DNA of 63,444 nt, filler included, from Chrysochromulina tobinii (GCA_001275005.1; 13 parts of 13 records of this genome joined end to end with filler, not necessarily neighbours in it); one strand, 5' to 3'; positions 32,198 through 43,897 are shown, numbered from the whole stretch's first letter. Numbers and translations: made by a program. The notes: generated by a model not told the origin, from the sequence alone.

Positions 32198-33397
32198 CGC
32201 CTCGGCCGCCGCCGCCTCGGCCGCCGTCGCTGCGGCCGCCTCCGCCGCCGCCGCCGCCTCCGCCGCGGCCTTGGCTGCCGCCTCAGCAGCGGCGCGCCCG
32301 ATGATGATGGTCGGCGGCTCGACGTGCATGCAAGTGCTCACCACGGCGCGCCCGATGAGGATGGTCGGCGGCTCGACGTGTCGCCACTCGGACCAGTGGG
32401 AGCACTTGCCATCCGTGCCCACGACGGCGCTGCGCACGGAGAGGCGCCGATCGAGGGCCAGCTGGCCCGCGCGCGCGAGCTTGAAGGTGGCGGTGGGTGT
32501 CTCCGTCAGCACGCCAACAGCGCGCTGCCACCCCTCGCACTGAAGCTCGAGCCGCCACTTGGCTCCATTGGGAGGAAGGAGGGCCACTACCTGGTCGAGA
32601 GCGGGCACCTGCTCGGGCGCCACGCCGCTCTCCTTCCGTTCCGTGCGGATGGCGTTGATGAGGTCGACCATCGAGGGCTCAGCGCTCTTGGCCTTCGCCG
32701 TTGCCTCCGCGGCCGCCGCCGCCGCCGCCTCGCCTTGCAGATGCTCCTTGTCCGCCTTCGCCTTGGCCGCCTTGGCCGCTGCCGCCACGGCCGCGTCGAC
32801 CAGTCGCTTCTTGGCGCCCTCAAGCTCGCTGGTCGCGACGAGCTCGATCTGCATGCCTTTGTTGAGTTTCGCATCGGTGGGCATCGGCGGCGGCGCTGCC
32901 GTCGACGGGCGCGGCGGCCCATCGACGGACCATTTGCTCTTGAGCATCCCCGTGGGCGCCTTCACCGTCAGCCGGTGCCCCTCGGGCGGGCGCGAGATGG
33001 GCACCTGAGCTGCCCCCGCGCCGCTCTCGAGCGCGGCCTTGCCTTCGGCGAGCGCCTCCTCCGACACGAGGCCACGCTTGTGCAGCTGGTTGAGCTCCGC
33101 CGCCGTCGTCGCCTTCGCCTTCGGCACGTCGCCCCAGTCTCTGTGCTTGACCATCTCCTGCAGCTCCTGCGGGGCAAGCGGGATGGATTCCTTGCTCTTG
33201 GTCGCGGGCAGTTTGGTCAATGGTCCAGGCAGCACGCGGTGCTCATATGTCGGATGGTAGAGCGCTGTCTGGTTGGTGGACGCGCCGGTGACCAACTGCA
33301 GGGCGGGCGAGCCGTGCAGCCGCGGCGTGGAGCCCGTGCGCGACGCGCCGGTCAAAGCGCCGCCACCGAACTCGACAAAGGCCGGCTTCGGCGCCAT
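32198..33397 (-). CDS. Hypothetical Ala-rich protein (3' partial)
   Basis: Open frame of about 400 aa with host-like codon usage. Contains an in-frame 54-nt duplication/insertion at 32290-32380. Confidence 0.6.
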
Positions 33398-33745
33398 CGA
33401 TGCGGGATGGCGGCGGCCAACAAGGGAGGCGGCGAGGGCGACCAAACCGTTGACCGTTCCCGCACGCTCTAGAAATCACGGTTCACTGGTAGGAGAAAGT
33501 GTCTCGGGTCCGAGGTGTGATCAGCCGCGCGGGGTAGTTATTATATTATGGGTGGGGCGTCCGAACGCGTCACGTAGTTCACAGTCCGGTGTTCGTTTCA
33601 GTAACGTACGGTAGGTGGGTTTTAGGATTCAAGCAGGCCCCAGACCTCTTCATTCTCTCGCCGTGCGCTCCGACCGCACGCGCAACGACGTGGCATCGGT
33701 GGATTGTCCGATCCTCGATCCTCTGCAACCTCCCTCTTCGCCGTC

Positions 33746-36482
33746 ATGTCCGCCGACGACGACAGCACGCTATCCGACACCATCATCGACAAGCTCGCCC
33801 CGACCACCGCAGACGGCATCCCGCTCGTTTGGTCTAGCGACAACGACGCCCACCTCGAGGGCACCCTCTTCGAGGTCGGCAAGTTCTTCAAGCGCAAGGG
33901 CCTCTTTCAGCCCTTCTTCAAACACCATGCCGCCGTCCTCCGCAATGGCAAGCTCGCTGTGGACCACTACGGGAGCACGCTCTTCACCACCGACCGCATC
34001 AAGGACGAGCACGACTTCCACAATCCGTGCCCGCCGACGGCGCAGCGCCTCGCCAACTACGAGATCTCGCGCAATACCCCTGGCTCGCCTCACCACGGCG
34101 GCAAGTCGGCTCCGTCGCTCGCCAAGATCCCCGACGAGTGCGCGGACACCACTGTCCTGTCGCAGCACGCCGTCGAGGCGGAAGACAGCAAGCTGCTCAC
34201 GTCGCTCACGTACACTTTCGGCCGCTCGGTCTCGTCCGACGAGATGATCGACGCCGCCGACGGGAGCGGCTACAAGCTACTCGAGGCCCTCCGCAACCGC
34301 GCCAAGAATGCCAACACCAAGGACAAGGCCCTCGTCGCCGCTCAGTACGCCAAGATCATCCGTGAAGGAGTCCCTCACGGCACCGAGCTTAAGGTGGAGT
34401 CCCTCAAGAACTACATCAAGGAGTACAAGTCCATCAAGCGCAACGTGCCGGAAAAGTCCCGCCAGTCCGACGAGGCGGAGATCGACATGATCGACCTCAT
34501 CGCCGTCAAAGACCCGTCGGTCCGCGAGATCTACGAGCTCAAGCGCAACGCTCAACCGCCAACGAACCTCGACCAGGCGGTGTCGCTGCTCAACTCCATC
34601 CTCCGCGGGCGGGCCCGCTGCGATGAGATCGACGAGGTCAACGCCGCCACTCCGACGGCGGGCCTCGGCCTCGTCGCCGATAGCTCCGGCTCTCTTAAGG
34701 CGCTCCTGGCCGCCCTCGGCAAATCCGGCACCGACGCGAAGAGCCTCACGTCCCTCGTCTCCACGCTGCAGGCGGTCGCTGACCCCACCAAGACCAACGC
34801 CGGCGACAAGGACAAGAAGCCGCCCCTCGACATCCCGCGCGGACCGGACGGCAAGCCGACGACGTGGATCGAAGGGATGGCCCTCTGCCGCTGCGGCATC
34901 GGAGGTGGCAAGCACCTCTTCAAGGACTGCCCAAAAGCCAAGGAGAAGGCCTCCAAGAAGGCGAAGAAGGCCCTCGCCGTGGCAGCCGGCGCCGCGCTAC
35001 CTGCCGGCCTCACGTCTTCCGACGCCCTGGCCGCCATCACGGCGCTTCTCAGCCAGATTGTGGTGGACGGGGGGGCCGGGGTGGGAAACGTGGTCGGAAA
35101 CGGTGTCGAGTCTAAGTCTGACTCCGCCTATTTTCCCACATCCACCCAAATATGGCGAAGCACTGGAGATAATGAGCACCAATACAGTACCGGTTTTACC
35201 GGCGCTGTTGGACAATGGCGTTCGCAGCAGCCTCTCCGTCTCGTTGCGCCGTCGACGAGCGACCTGCCCTACCGCGGGCAATGGCTTCCGTCCCGCGAAG
35301 ACGCGGAGGCGTGCGTCCTCATCGCCTCGGACAAGCTCACCGCCGCCGAGCTTCGCGGCACTGGAACTCGCGCGGACCTTATCACCTCCGTCATCATCCT
35401 TGGTGCCGTCGACTCTGGATGCACCGGATCCCTCACGCCGCATCTCAGCGCGCTTGTCAACGTGCGCTCCTGCGACGAGAAGTTCTCCTCTGCCGACGGC
35501 ACCTTGACTGCCGCCACTTGCATCGGCGACATGCCCGTCACTCTTCGGGACCATCAAGGCCATCCACATGCCGTCGTGTTTCGCAACGTTCGCTGCGTTC
35601 CGGACTTCCACTACACGCTGCTCTCGGTCACGCAGCTTTGGGAAGAGCAGCGCATTGACGCGCAATTCGCCGACAGCCGCTCCCTGCGGCTGCCTAATGG
35701 CTTGCGCTTTCCATACCTCGCCGGCCGTCGCCTGCCGTCTCTCTCCATGGTCAGCACGGCTCGCCTCGCGCCCAAGCCACCATCCGTGCGTCCACCACCT
35801 GGATTGGGGCTGTTTGCGGCTCCCTCACCCCAGTTTGCAGCTCCCTCACCGCCTTTGGACCCGAGCTTCCCCGGCTCTCCTGCCTCGCCTGCCGTTGGTA
35901 CCGCGGCACCCTCCGAGCCAAAGGAATTCCCCGAGGTCGGGAGCCTTGGAGCTGAGCCAGCCCCTCAGGAGGTCTGCACTCTCCCTGGCTGCACCGTCAA
36001 TCCTCCACCAGCTCCATCAGCTCCGCCTGGTCCGTTGCTGCCAGCCAACGCCTCCATCGCCTCCAATCGGGCTCTTGGGTTCCACCGTGTCGGCGCCACC
36101 TCCCACGTCGCTCGCCTCCCAGCCGCGCAAGCCGCCGAGCTCCTTCACCGCCGCTCGCACCTCGGCGTAGACAAGATTCGTCACGCCGCACACACGACGG
36201 TCGACGCGCCAAAAATCCTCGCCTCCGCCTCCGCCACAGCGCGCACGAGCTCGTGCGCCTCCTGCGCAGCCGCCCGCATCCGCCGCGCGGCGCACCCCGG
36301 CACGCTCTCTGCGCCGGCTCCGGAGCCAGGCGTGCTCCACTACGACCTTAAGGAGCTCGTGCTCTCCATCGGCGGCTACCGCTACGTCGTCTTCGCCATC
36401 GACGAGTACTCGCGCTTCGTCTTCGTCGAGTTCATCAAGTTGAAGTCTGATGCCGACGCTGCGATCAAGCGCTGCATCGCGG
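33746..36482 (+). mobile_element. Ty1/Copia LTR retrotransposon gag-pol (3' partial)
   Basis: One uninterrupted ORF of >900 aa: Zn knuckle CRC...HLFKDC, protease AVDSGCT, pre-integrase HRRSHLG...CASC, integrase LHYDL...YVVFAIDEYSRF. PR-INT order indicates Copia. Confidence 0.92.
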
Positions 36483-36582
36483 NNNNNNNNNNNNNNNNNN
36501 NNNNNNNNNNNNNNNNNNNNNNNNNNTTAATTAATTAANNNNNNNNNNNNNNNNNNNNNNNNNNNNNNNNNNNNNNNNNNNN

Positions 36583-39363
36583 TCCCACGAGATCACAAAG
36601 ATTTGGATGAGGGCATGCGCTGCGCGCTGACGAAGCTGATCGGGCGCATGCTGCGCCAGGTGCGCGTGGACAACCTCCATATCGCCATCGTACTTGTCCA
36701 GCGCCCAATATGTGAGTCGCGACGCATCACCGATCGCGCCGTTGCCGTCAATGTGGAAGTGGTGCCCCTCAGTCGGCTCATTGGCCACCTCCCCCGGCGA
36801 GCCGCATGCCTCGGATGCGGCGCCCATCGCGAGCGCGTCAAACCGTGCCGCCACGTCAGCGTTCTGCACGCTCGTTGGCAAGCTGGTGAAGTCCACCGAG
36901 GCACCGAGCTTACCTGATGAGGGAGACCATCAGAGGCCATCAGCGGCCATCCGCGGCAATCAGAGGCGAATCGAGACCCAAGAGTATCCTGATTAGGGAG
37001 ATCATCAGAGGCCATCAGAGGCCATCAAAAGTCATTAGAGTATCAAAGATGGCGGAGGCAATCAGAGGCCATCAAAAGTCAATTAGAGCATCAAAGCTTA
37101 CCGAGGATGGGAAAGTTATTCGCCTGCCCTTCGAAACGGTTCATCGGATGGCTGGCGGGCCAGAGGAGGGTCGTGCCACCCGCTAGGGCGAAGGCTTTGA
37201 TGGGGTTGGCGCTCGGTGCATACCTAATTAGGGAAGAGGCCATCATCGCTCATCAGAGGCCACTCAAGCCTCGGCGGTCATCAAGGTAATTAGGGAGGAG
37301 GCAACTATCGCTCATCAGAGGCCAGCGCGAAGGCCTTGATGCGGTGGGCGCTCGGCGCATACTGGGCGTCGCCCGGGTGATCGACGGCCCACTCGTTCAT
37401 CAAGGCAATTAGGGAGGAGGCAATCATCGCTCATCAGGCGCATACTGGGCGTTGCCCGGGTGATCGACGGCCCACTCGTTCATCTCGTACACGTTGAGGG
37501 AGAGAGGATGCGAATGCTCCCAGCACGCGCCATCGACGTCCACCTTGGCGCCGATAGCCGAGACGCCGCTGGTCGAGGTAGTCTCGCAACTACCGCCCAC
37601 GACAGTGTTGGCAATCGCGTCACGCACATAAGGATTGGGCGCATCGGGGCTAGCACGGATCGCCTGCGCCAGAGTCGCCTTCGTGGCCGTGCTGAGCGCC
37701 GTCTCGAGCGCTCCGCACGCGCCGTTGAGCCGAATCCATCGCGAGCTGCCCACGCAAGGCGAGGCAGATGCAAACGAGGAGCCGACGAGGCGCAGACCTG
37801 ATGAGGGAGGCAGTCAGATGTCATCAGAGGCAATCAGGGGCAATCAGGGGAGGAGCCGACGAGGCGCAGACCGGCGACGGCGTAGACGTACGCGCCCGTG
37901 CCCTCGTGCAGCGCGCGCAGTGTCGTGTGATTGAGCACAACGTTGGCGGCACGGTACGTGATCGGCGAGCAAGCCCTCGAAGGCGTGCAGTAGTCTTGGT
38001 TGAGGAAGGTCTTTGGCACATTCGCACAGTACCCCAGACGCGCCGCACCACTCGAGCTCGCCGCTTGCAGCGTGGTGGTCGTGCTCGTGAGGTCGTCGCC
38101 GACATCGCCGCTGCTCCGCACGTGCTCGAGAGTATTATCGTAGAGCGGGATGCGAGGGTCGTGCATGTAGTACGTGCCGTTGAGGAGGAGGAAGCTCTCT
38201 CCGGCGGTCCTGATGAGGGAGGCCATCAGGGGTCATCAGAGGCCATCAGAGGAAGCTCTCTCCGGCGGTCCTGATGAGGGAGGCCATCAGGGGTCATCAG
38301 AGGCGATGAGAGGCCATCTCAGAGATGGACTCGCACTCACCCTTGGTGAAGGCGCTCAGGGTCCAAGGACCTCCCGCCGCAATCAGTGGCCATCAGAGGC
38401 AATTGACGAGACTCACCTTTGGTTGAATGCGCTCAGGGTGCAAGGACCCCGGACGGCGGTGAGGATGAAGACGTCCTCGTAGGTTGGAGGAGCACAGGTC
38501 TTCCCGTCGGGGTGGCCGAGCATGAACGCGCCCGAGGTCGAGTCACGTCCGATGTGGGCAATGGGTCGGAGGGTGGCCTCGTCAGGTACGATCGTCGTCG
38601 TCGGATTCGGTTGGGTCGGCGCCAAAAAGTCAACGGCTGGGTTGGCGAGGACCGCCACGGTGCTCGTCGAGGCACACGAGGCGGGCGTACGCCCCAGATG
38701 GATGCCGCCGCGGTTGCCCGTGTTCTGCGTATCAAAGTCGAATTGCCGATCGTAGCGCTCCATCACGCGGCAGATGATCCCAATCCATGGTTGGTTGGCG
38801 CTCACGTTGAGTGCGTTGCTCGGGTCCCACCTGCTCACGTCGATGTGCGCGGCAATCAGAGCCAATGATTCGCGATCAGTGTCAATCTGGGGCAGTCAGA
38901 GGCAATCAGTGGCAATCAGCACCCCCCCACCTGCTCATGTTGATGTGCGTGCGCAGCGAGCTACCAATGTACAGGTGGCCGACGCCGTTGACGAGACTCA
39001 GATTGGCGTTCACGCGATGATCGCGCTGCGTCAGCGCGTACCGATGCCATCGAGATCCCACCTGCTCATGTTGATGTGCGTGGCAATCAGTGGTCATAAG
39101 TGGCAATCAGTGGCAATTAGTGGCACTCAGTCGCAATCAGCGGTGCCAGCGAAGATCCCACCTCGCACGCCATCCGGCCGCTGTAAGCAATGGCAATCAG
39201 TGGTAATTACCTCGCACGCCATCCGGCCGTTGTCCTCTGGCTGCGGATTGGCACGCGTCCGATAGAACGCACGGTGGAGCGACGGCGGCAGCGCCATCTG
39301 CGCGCGGATCCACTCCTCAAACACGGCCACCTCCGCCCCCCCCGCCCCCGACCCCCCCCGCCC
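36583..39363 (-). CDS. DUF1800-like large algal protein, internal fragment with 6 introns
   Basis: Exons join in frame: FEEWIRAQMALPPSLHRAFYR...ACE/VGSRWHRYAL...MSR/WDP...NQR/TAG...VAG/LRL...AQ/YAP...ILG/KLG...CGSPGEVAN...APDQLRQRAAHALIQIFVIS. Confidence 0.8.
36914..37101 (-). other. 188-nt repeat-type intron
   Basis: Starts GTAAGCT, the same as the first 7 nt of the next exon. CTGATGGC arrays. Ends CTCCCTCATCAG. Confidence 0.85.
37224..37445 (-). other. 222-nt repeat-type intron containing a diverged copy of the spliced junction
   Basis: Starts GTATGC, as does the next exon. An internal ~75-nt copy spans both flanking exons. Ends TTCCCTAATTAG. Confidence 0.82.
37798..37871 (-). other. 74-nt repeat-type intron
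   Basis: First 22 nt (GTCTGCGCCTCGTCGGCTCCTC) are identical to the next exon start. CTGATTGC array. Ends CCTCCCTCATCAG. Confidence 0.9.
38210..38416 (-). other. 207-nt repeat-type intron with duplicated donor and duplicated acceptor
   Basis: Contains a diverged copy of the upstream exon end plus GTGAGT, and two CCTCCCTCATCAG acceptors, each followed by GACCGCCGGAGAGAGCTTCCTC. Confidence 0.85.
38831..38930 (-). other. 100-nt repeat-type intron whose acceptor copies the upstream exon end
   Basis: The intron ends CGCACATCGACGTGAGCAG and the upstream exon ends CGCACATCAACATGAGCAG. CTGATTGC array. Confidence 0.85.
39062..39210 (-). other. 149-nt repeat-type intron with a junction copy and a borrowed acceptor
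   Basis: Contains CGGCCGGATGGCGTGCGAG-GTGGGATCT (the spliced junction). Ends CACGCACATCAACATGAGCAG, identical to the 3' end of the following exon. Confidence 0.85.
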
Positions 39364-39463
39364 NNNNNNNNNNNNNNNNNNNNNNNNNNNNNNNNNNNNN
39401 NNNNNNNTTAATTAATTAANNNNNNNNNNNNNNNNNNNNNNNNNNNNNNNNNNNNNNNNNNNN

Positions 39464-41495
39464 GGCCCCCGCCGCCAGCATGCCCCGCCACTCTGCCGGC
39501 ACATCTACGCGGCGCGGGCGCAGCCCGAGGCTTCGAGCTTGCTCGAGCATGGACGCCAGTCTCCCCCGCGAGCCCAGGTCGGCCCACAGGTTCGCCTTGG
39601 ACGTGATGCGCTCGACCGCCTCGGCCACGCCGTGGTGGAGGAGCCAAGCCGACCGCGCTCCGCACAGCGCCTGCATCGTCTCGGTGCGAGGCGCCGCCGT
39701 GCGCATCGCCGCCATCGCGACGACGTTGTCGGTAAACGAGTACACGAACGACCGCGTCGTCTCCGATGCGAGCGCGACCAGCCCGAAGGTCGAGGCGGCG
39801 AGCTCGAGGTCGCAGATGAGGTGCATCTCGCGCTCGGAGCTCGACCACTCGCCCTGTACGTACAGGAGCTCGTCTCCGTCGACCGTCCACGCGCAGAAGC
39901 CGGCGCCCGCGCACTCGAGCGCCGCGTCGGCGTAGATCGCCGAGACCTCGGGGGAGGCCGCGGCCGGGAACGCCTCCGCCGCGCCGATCGGCACGCCCTC
40001 GTGGTCGGGCTTACCGAGCTCCGTGACCCACAGCCTGAGCTGCTCGCGCACCGCCTTCGAGATGACCACCTGGTCGGCGGCCGTCCGGTACTGGGCGCGC
40101 ACCGCTCGCCACGGCGCGTGGAGCCACTGCCGCCCGCGCGGGTAAAAGGTGGCGGCGAAGTTCAGCCGGCCTAAGAGGCCGAGGAACTCGTCTCGGCCGA
40201 CGACGGTGAGCGCCGCGACCGTACTCGCGCGCTCGGCGTACTTGACGCGCTTGTCGTCAGACACCCGCATGCGCCGCGTATCCAGATTGATCTCGACGCC
40301 CAGGAGCGTCAGCACCGACGACGGCGGCTGCTCTTTCGTCGTCTCAAGGCCCATCTCGGCGAGCATGGCAACCTACCTTACTGGCCGATGCGTTCTGACC
40401 CGTACGGCATCGCCGACGAGACGGCGCGGGCGGGGAAGCCTAAGTTTAGGCTCACGAACGACCACTCCTGGCCTCCAGCGCCACGAGGGGAGTTCGCATC
40501 CGGCGTCATCGGCGACGCCACGACGCGTCCGCAGTCTCTCAACGGGTCGATGGACCGGTCGAGCTGGCCGGAGGCGCGCCTCCCGAGGGTGCATCAGGTC
40601 GCCGAGGCGGCGGCCGTGCTCCAGACGGCGGGAGCTCGAGTGACGGCCGCCTCGCCGCGTTCTTCGCCCGACGGAGCTCGACGATCGCGGGCATGTCCCA
40701 GAGGCTGGGCGCGTCGGCCTGCTCAGGCCACCACGCCCAACCGCCTCGCCTGGAGGCCGGGTTTTCGATCGCCCACAGGACCCCCCTTGCGTCAGCCGCG
40801 GTCGCCACCTTAGCCACGAACGCGACTAGCGCGTTATGCTTGGCCAGGTAGGCGGTCCAGCGTTCGGGAACCGGCCGAATCCCTTCGACCTCGGTGAGCG
40901 ACCGGAGCCGGGGGATGAGCGCCGGGCAGAAGGACGCGCACGGCGGCGCCATGAAGACGCCGTCCCACACGCCCGCCGAGACGCCCGCGAGGACGACCGA
41001 CTGAATCGTGGGCTTCGACAGGTCCTGGTCTGGCCCGTCGAGGAGCTTGTAGGTATCGACCCGACCGCCTAGGCGCTGCAGCGCATCCCGCAGGCTGTAC
41101 GGGCGCTCGCGCCCCGCGAACAGCACAACGAAGCGCCGCTGCTTCCTCGGTGACTCCGTCTCCCTGGGCGTCGGCACCGCCTGCACCTTCGCCTCGCAGC
41201 TGTGCACCGTAAGTGCCCCGCCGGTCTCGACGGGTGGTCCCTTGGTCGTCTCGCGGTCACCCGCGTGACTCGCACTCGGGGGGGTAGGCGTCCCCTGCTC
41301 CCCCTCGCGCCCCTCGTCGCCGCCCGTCTCCACCGGTCGCGCTGGCGCCGTCTCGGGCACACAGAACGCGCTCGCCTCCACGGGCGCGACCTGGAAGGGC
41401 CGCCGCCTGCCGGGCCTTGGCACTCGGACCGGGGCACTCGGGCCCGTGTCGAAGGCCACCCGTCGGGTTGCCTGCCTCTCTGGGGGCGGGTCGTG
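39464..41495 (-). mobile_element. Rearranged DIRS-type retrotransposon: C5-MTase-like domain (about 41140-40650, minus), inverted RT N-terminus (about 40368-40645, plus), RT thumb-RNase H (40366-39464, minus)
   Basis: MTase motifs VVLFAG, MAPPCASF, WAIENP. RT N-terminus PYWPMRSDPYG...KPKFRLTNDHSWP on the opposite strand. Then TLLGVEI, LLGRLNFAA, IYADAA, ICDLEL, FTDN and SKANLWADLGSRG. Confidence 0.82.
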
Positions 41496-41644
41496 NNNNN
41501 NNNNNNNNNNNNNNNNNNNNNNNNNNNNNNNNNNNNNNNTTAATTAATTAANNNNNNNNNNNNNNNNNNNNNNNNNNNNNNNNNNNNNNNNNNNNGTGTG
41601 CTCACCCGAACTGTGCAGGTACCATCGCGACTTAAAACCCCTCA

Positions 41645-41845
41645 TGGCACACACGCTGTCGCGTGAGCTTCGAAACGAGGCTCTGGACAGGTTCTGACGC
41701 ATTGGTAGGCATCCTCGTGGTGGACAAGGAGGAGCCCAGCAGCAAGCGCGGGCACGGCGACGCGTGCGCGAGCGCTGGCGGCGTGCGGACGGCGACGCTC
41801 GCTAGCTCGACTCGCTAGCCGGCCCTTGAGAGAAGGCCGCGCGCC
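41645..41845 (+). repeat. Dispersed repeat, copy 1 (internally deleted)
   Basis: Near-identical to 45296-45334 plus 45536-45683. Confidence 0.88.
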
Positions 41846-42548
41846 AGCCGTGAGGGTCCGCCGTGGGCGTTTGCGGTTTGGGACCGGTCAAACGAGTATT
41901 GTACCGACCTCGTACATGCTTGGGCCGGAGGTACACGCATCAGTAACGTGTGTAGGCTTTACTAACGACCCGCATTCACTCATTTGTCGGAAAGCGACGC
42001 GCTTGGTTTCACCCCGGCATGCAACACGTCATATATTGCGCTGCCCTCGGTCGCGAAGATCGAGCCCGGGGAGCATGGTTTGCGAACAGCAGATTTTGAT
42101 TCAACTGACGCGAGACGCACCGCGAGCAGGAGCGCACTGCGCACATACACACTGGCTAGATTCTACTGCCAAAAAGGGAAGGAGAATCGGAGAGGAGCCC
42201 CGCTTCCCATTTGTCCGGAGCGACTGGAAAGCGCGAAACGGCGGGTGGGAATGCAGTGAAAAGCAATTTCTTTTCTAGTTAACTTGAGATTCTCTGCGGA
42301 AAAGAATAGCACCCACAGCGGCCGGACCGGCCCAGAAGGACCCTATGGGCAACCCTGTGTCGCTTTGGACTCATCCCATGAGCCCACGAGGAGGTCCCGA
42401 AATTTCCCGCCATTTTGACCCCCATCAGCACATCAATGGGAGCTCAACACACAGCACCCAAGCCGGCCGGAGTCACATGTCCCTGCTTAGTTCGAGTTGT
42501 CAAAAGGAGTCCCGGTGAGCCGCCCTATGGCGCAGCCTCATCAAAGCT

Positions 42549-43897
42549 TCAGCACGCCGGGAATTCCCACACGCAAATCGAGTTGTCCATCGAGCCAGTG
42601 AAGAAAGAATTTCCTGGACCTTTTGCAATGCAGCGGACGACGTCAGTGTGGCCGGCTTTCGGGCCGATTATGCCGCGCTTCGCGAAGGTAGGCATCTTCC
42701 ACAATTTGATGGCTTTATCTTGGCATGCGGTCACCATTACGCCGTCCGTGTGATCGGGTACGACTGCAATCGCCGTTACTCCCGACTCTCGCTGCTCCTT
42801 CGTCAGGCACACGTGGTCGAAGAGCAACGTGCCCTGGGCATCCCACACCTGCATGCGACAGCAACACGGCGGACGGTGGGCGGTAGGTCGCAGCGAACCC
42901 GGGCAAGCGGGCAAGCGCCGATTTGCCTTGATGTGGCCATCGAGCCCCGCAGTAAAGAGAACGGTTTCATCGACCCAGATAGACATCAAGTTTGCCTGTC
43001 CCGTGTGGAAGAAACTCAGCGGGTTGGGCGACGCATTCGTCTCTCCGAAACCCCACAAGGCAACGGTGCCATCACGATCCGCCGAGATGAGCACGTCTGC
43101 GTGCGCGTCCAAGGCACCACCTCTCACCTTCATGTCTTGGATGCATGTCCGGTGCCCCTTGAGCTCGATCAGCAGCAAGAAGCTGCCACTACCAGCAGGC
43201 ACGTCCTCGTATCGCCAAACCTTCACCTGAGTATAGCGGCACATGCCTGTCCATGTTAGTGAGCTGTGATGGCGGCAATCGCACATTGTCCGGTCGGCAG
43301 ATAGTTAGGTAAGTCGAGCGCAGGCATCGCCGTATGGTGGCGGGTTCTGCAGGTCGCGACGATCACCCCCATGTCCTCGCCTCCAGAGAAAAGATAATTG
43401 CCGCCCTGTTCCAGGCAGAACACCGTGCCCGCATGGCCATGCAGCGTTGAATGTTCCAGGCAGGACACCGTGCCCGCATGGCCAAGCAGCGTTTGGTCGA
43501 ACTTGGAATCGACCTGCCATACACGCACTGCCCCGGGCTGTGGCATCGTCGCCGCCAGCCCCGCAAAGAGCCATGGGTGCTGCAGTATTAAGCACTCGAT
43601 CGCCCCACCGGCTGGGATACCACCGGGAATTTTCTCTTCAAAGGTCCCAGTCTCCCACGTCCACACGCGCACCTGTGGAGAGCACACATCACAACATGCG
43701 GGCGCGAGTGAGTGAGCATTAAGTGAGCCCGCAGCGAGCATCTGCATCAACCAGGAAAGTGTTGCGATGCAGACACGCACCGTGCCATCAGTGGAGCCGG
43801 AATAGAGAAGTTTGTGCTCATCGTGGACAGCAAGGCATGAGACAGTGCTTGTATGGCCTGCGTTGGAAGCGTACCGCCGGCTGTCAGCAGCGGCCAT
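42549..43897 (-). CDS. WD40-repeat protein, multi-exon
   Basis: GHTSTVSCL...SGSTDGTVR, SADRDGTVALW, ACQDKAIKLW, GHTDVVRCI...TGSMDNSICVW. Several short conventional introns. Confidence 0.85.

Noticed and set aside
39464..41495. A bacterial restriction-modification or retron-like RT plus MTase defence system
   Set aside because: The RT-RNase H motifs are DIRS-type, and no nuclease or ncRNA partner is visible.
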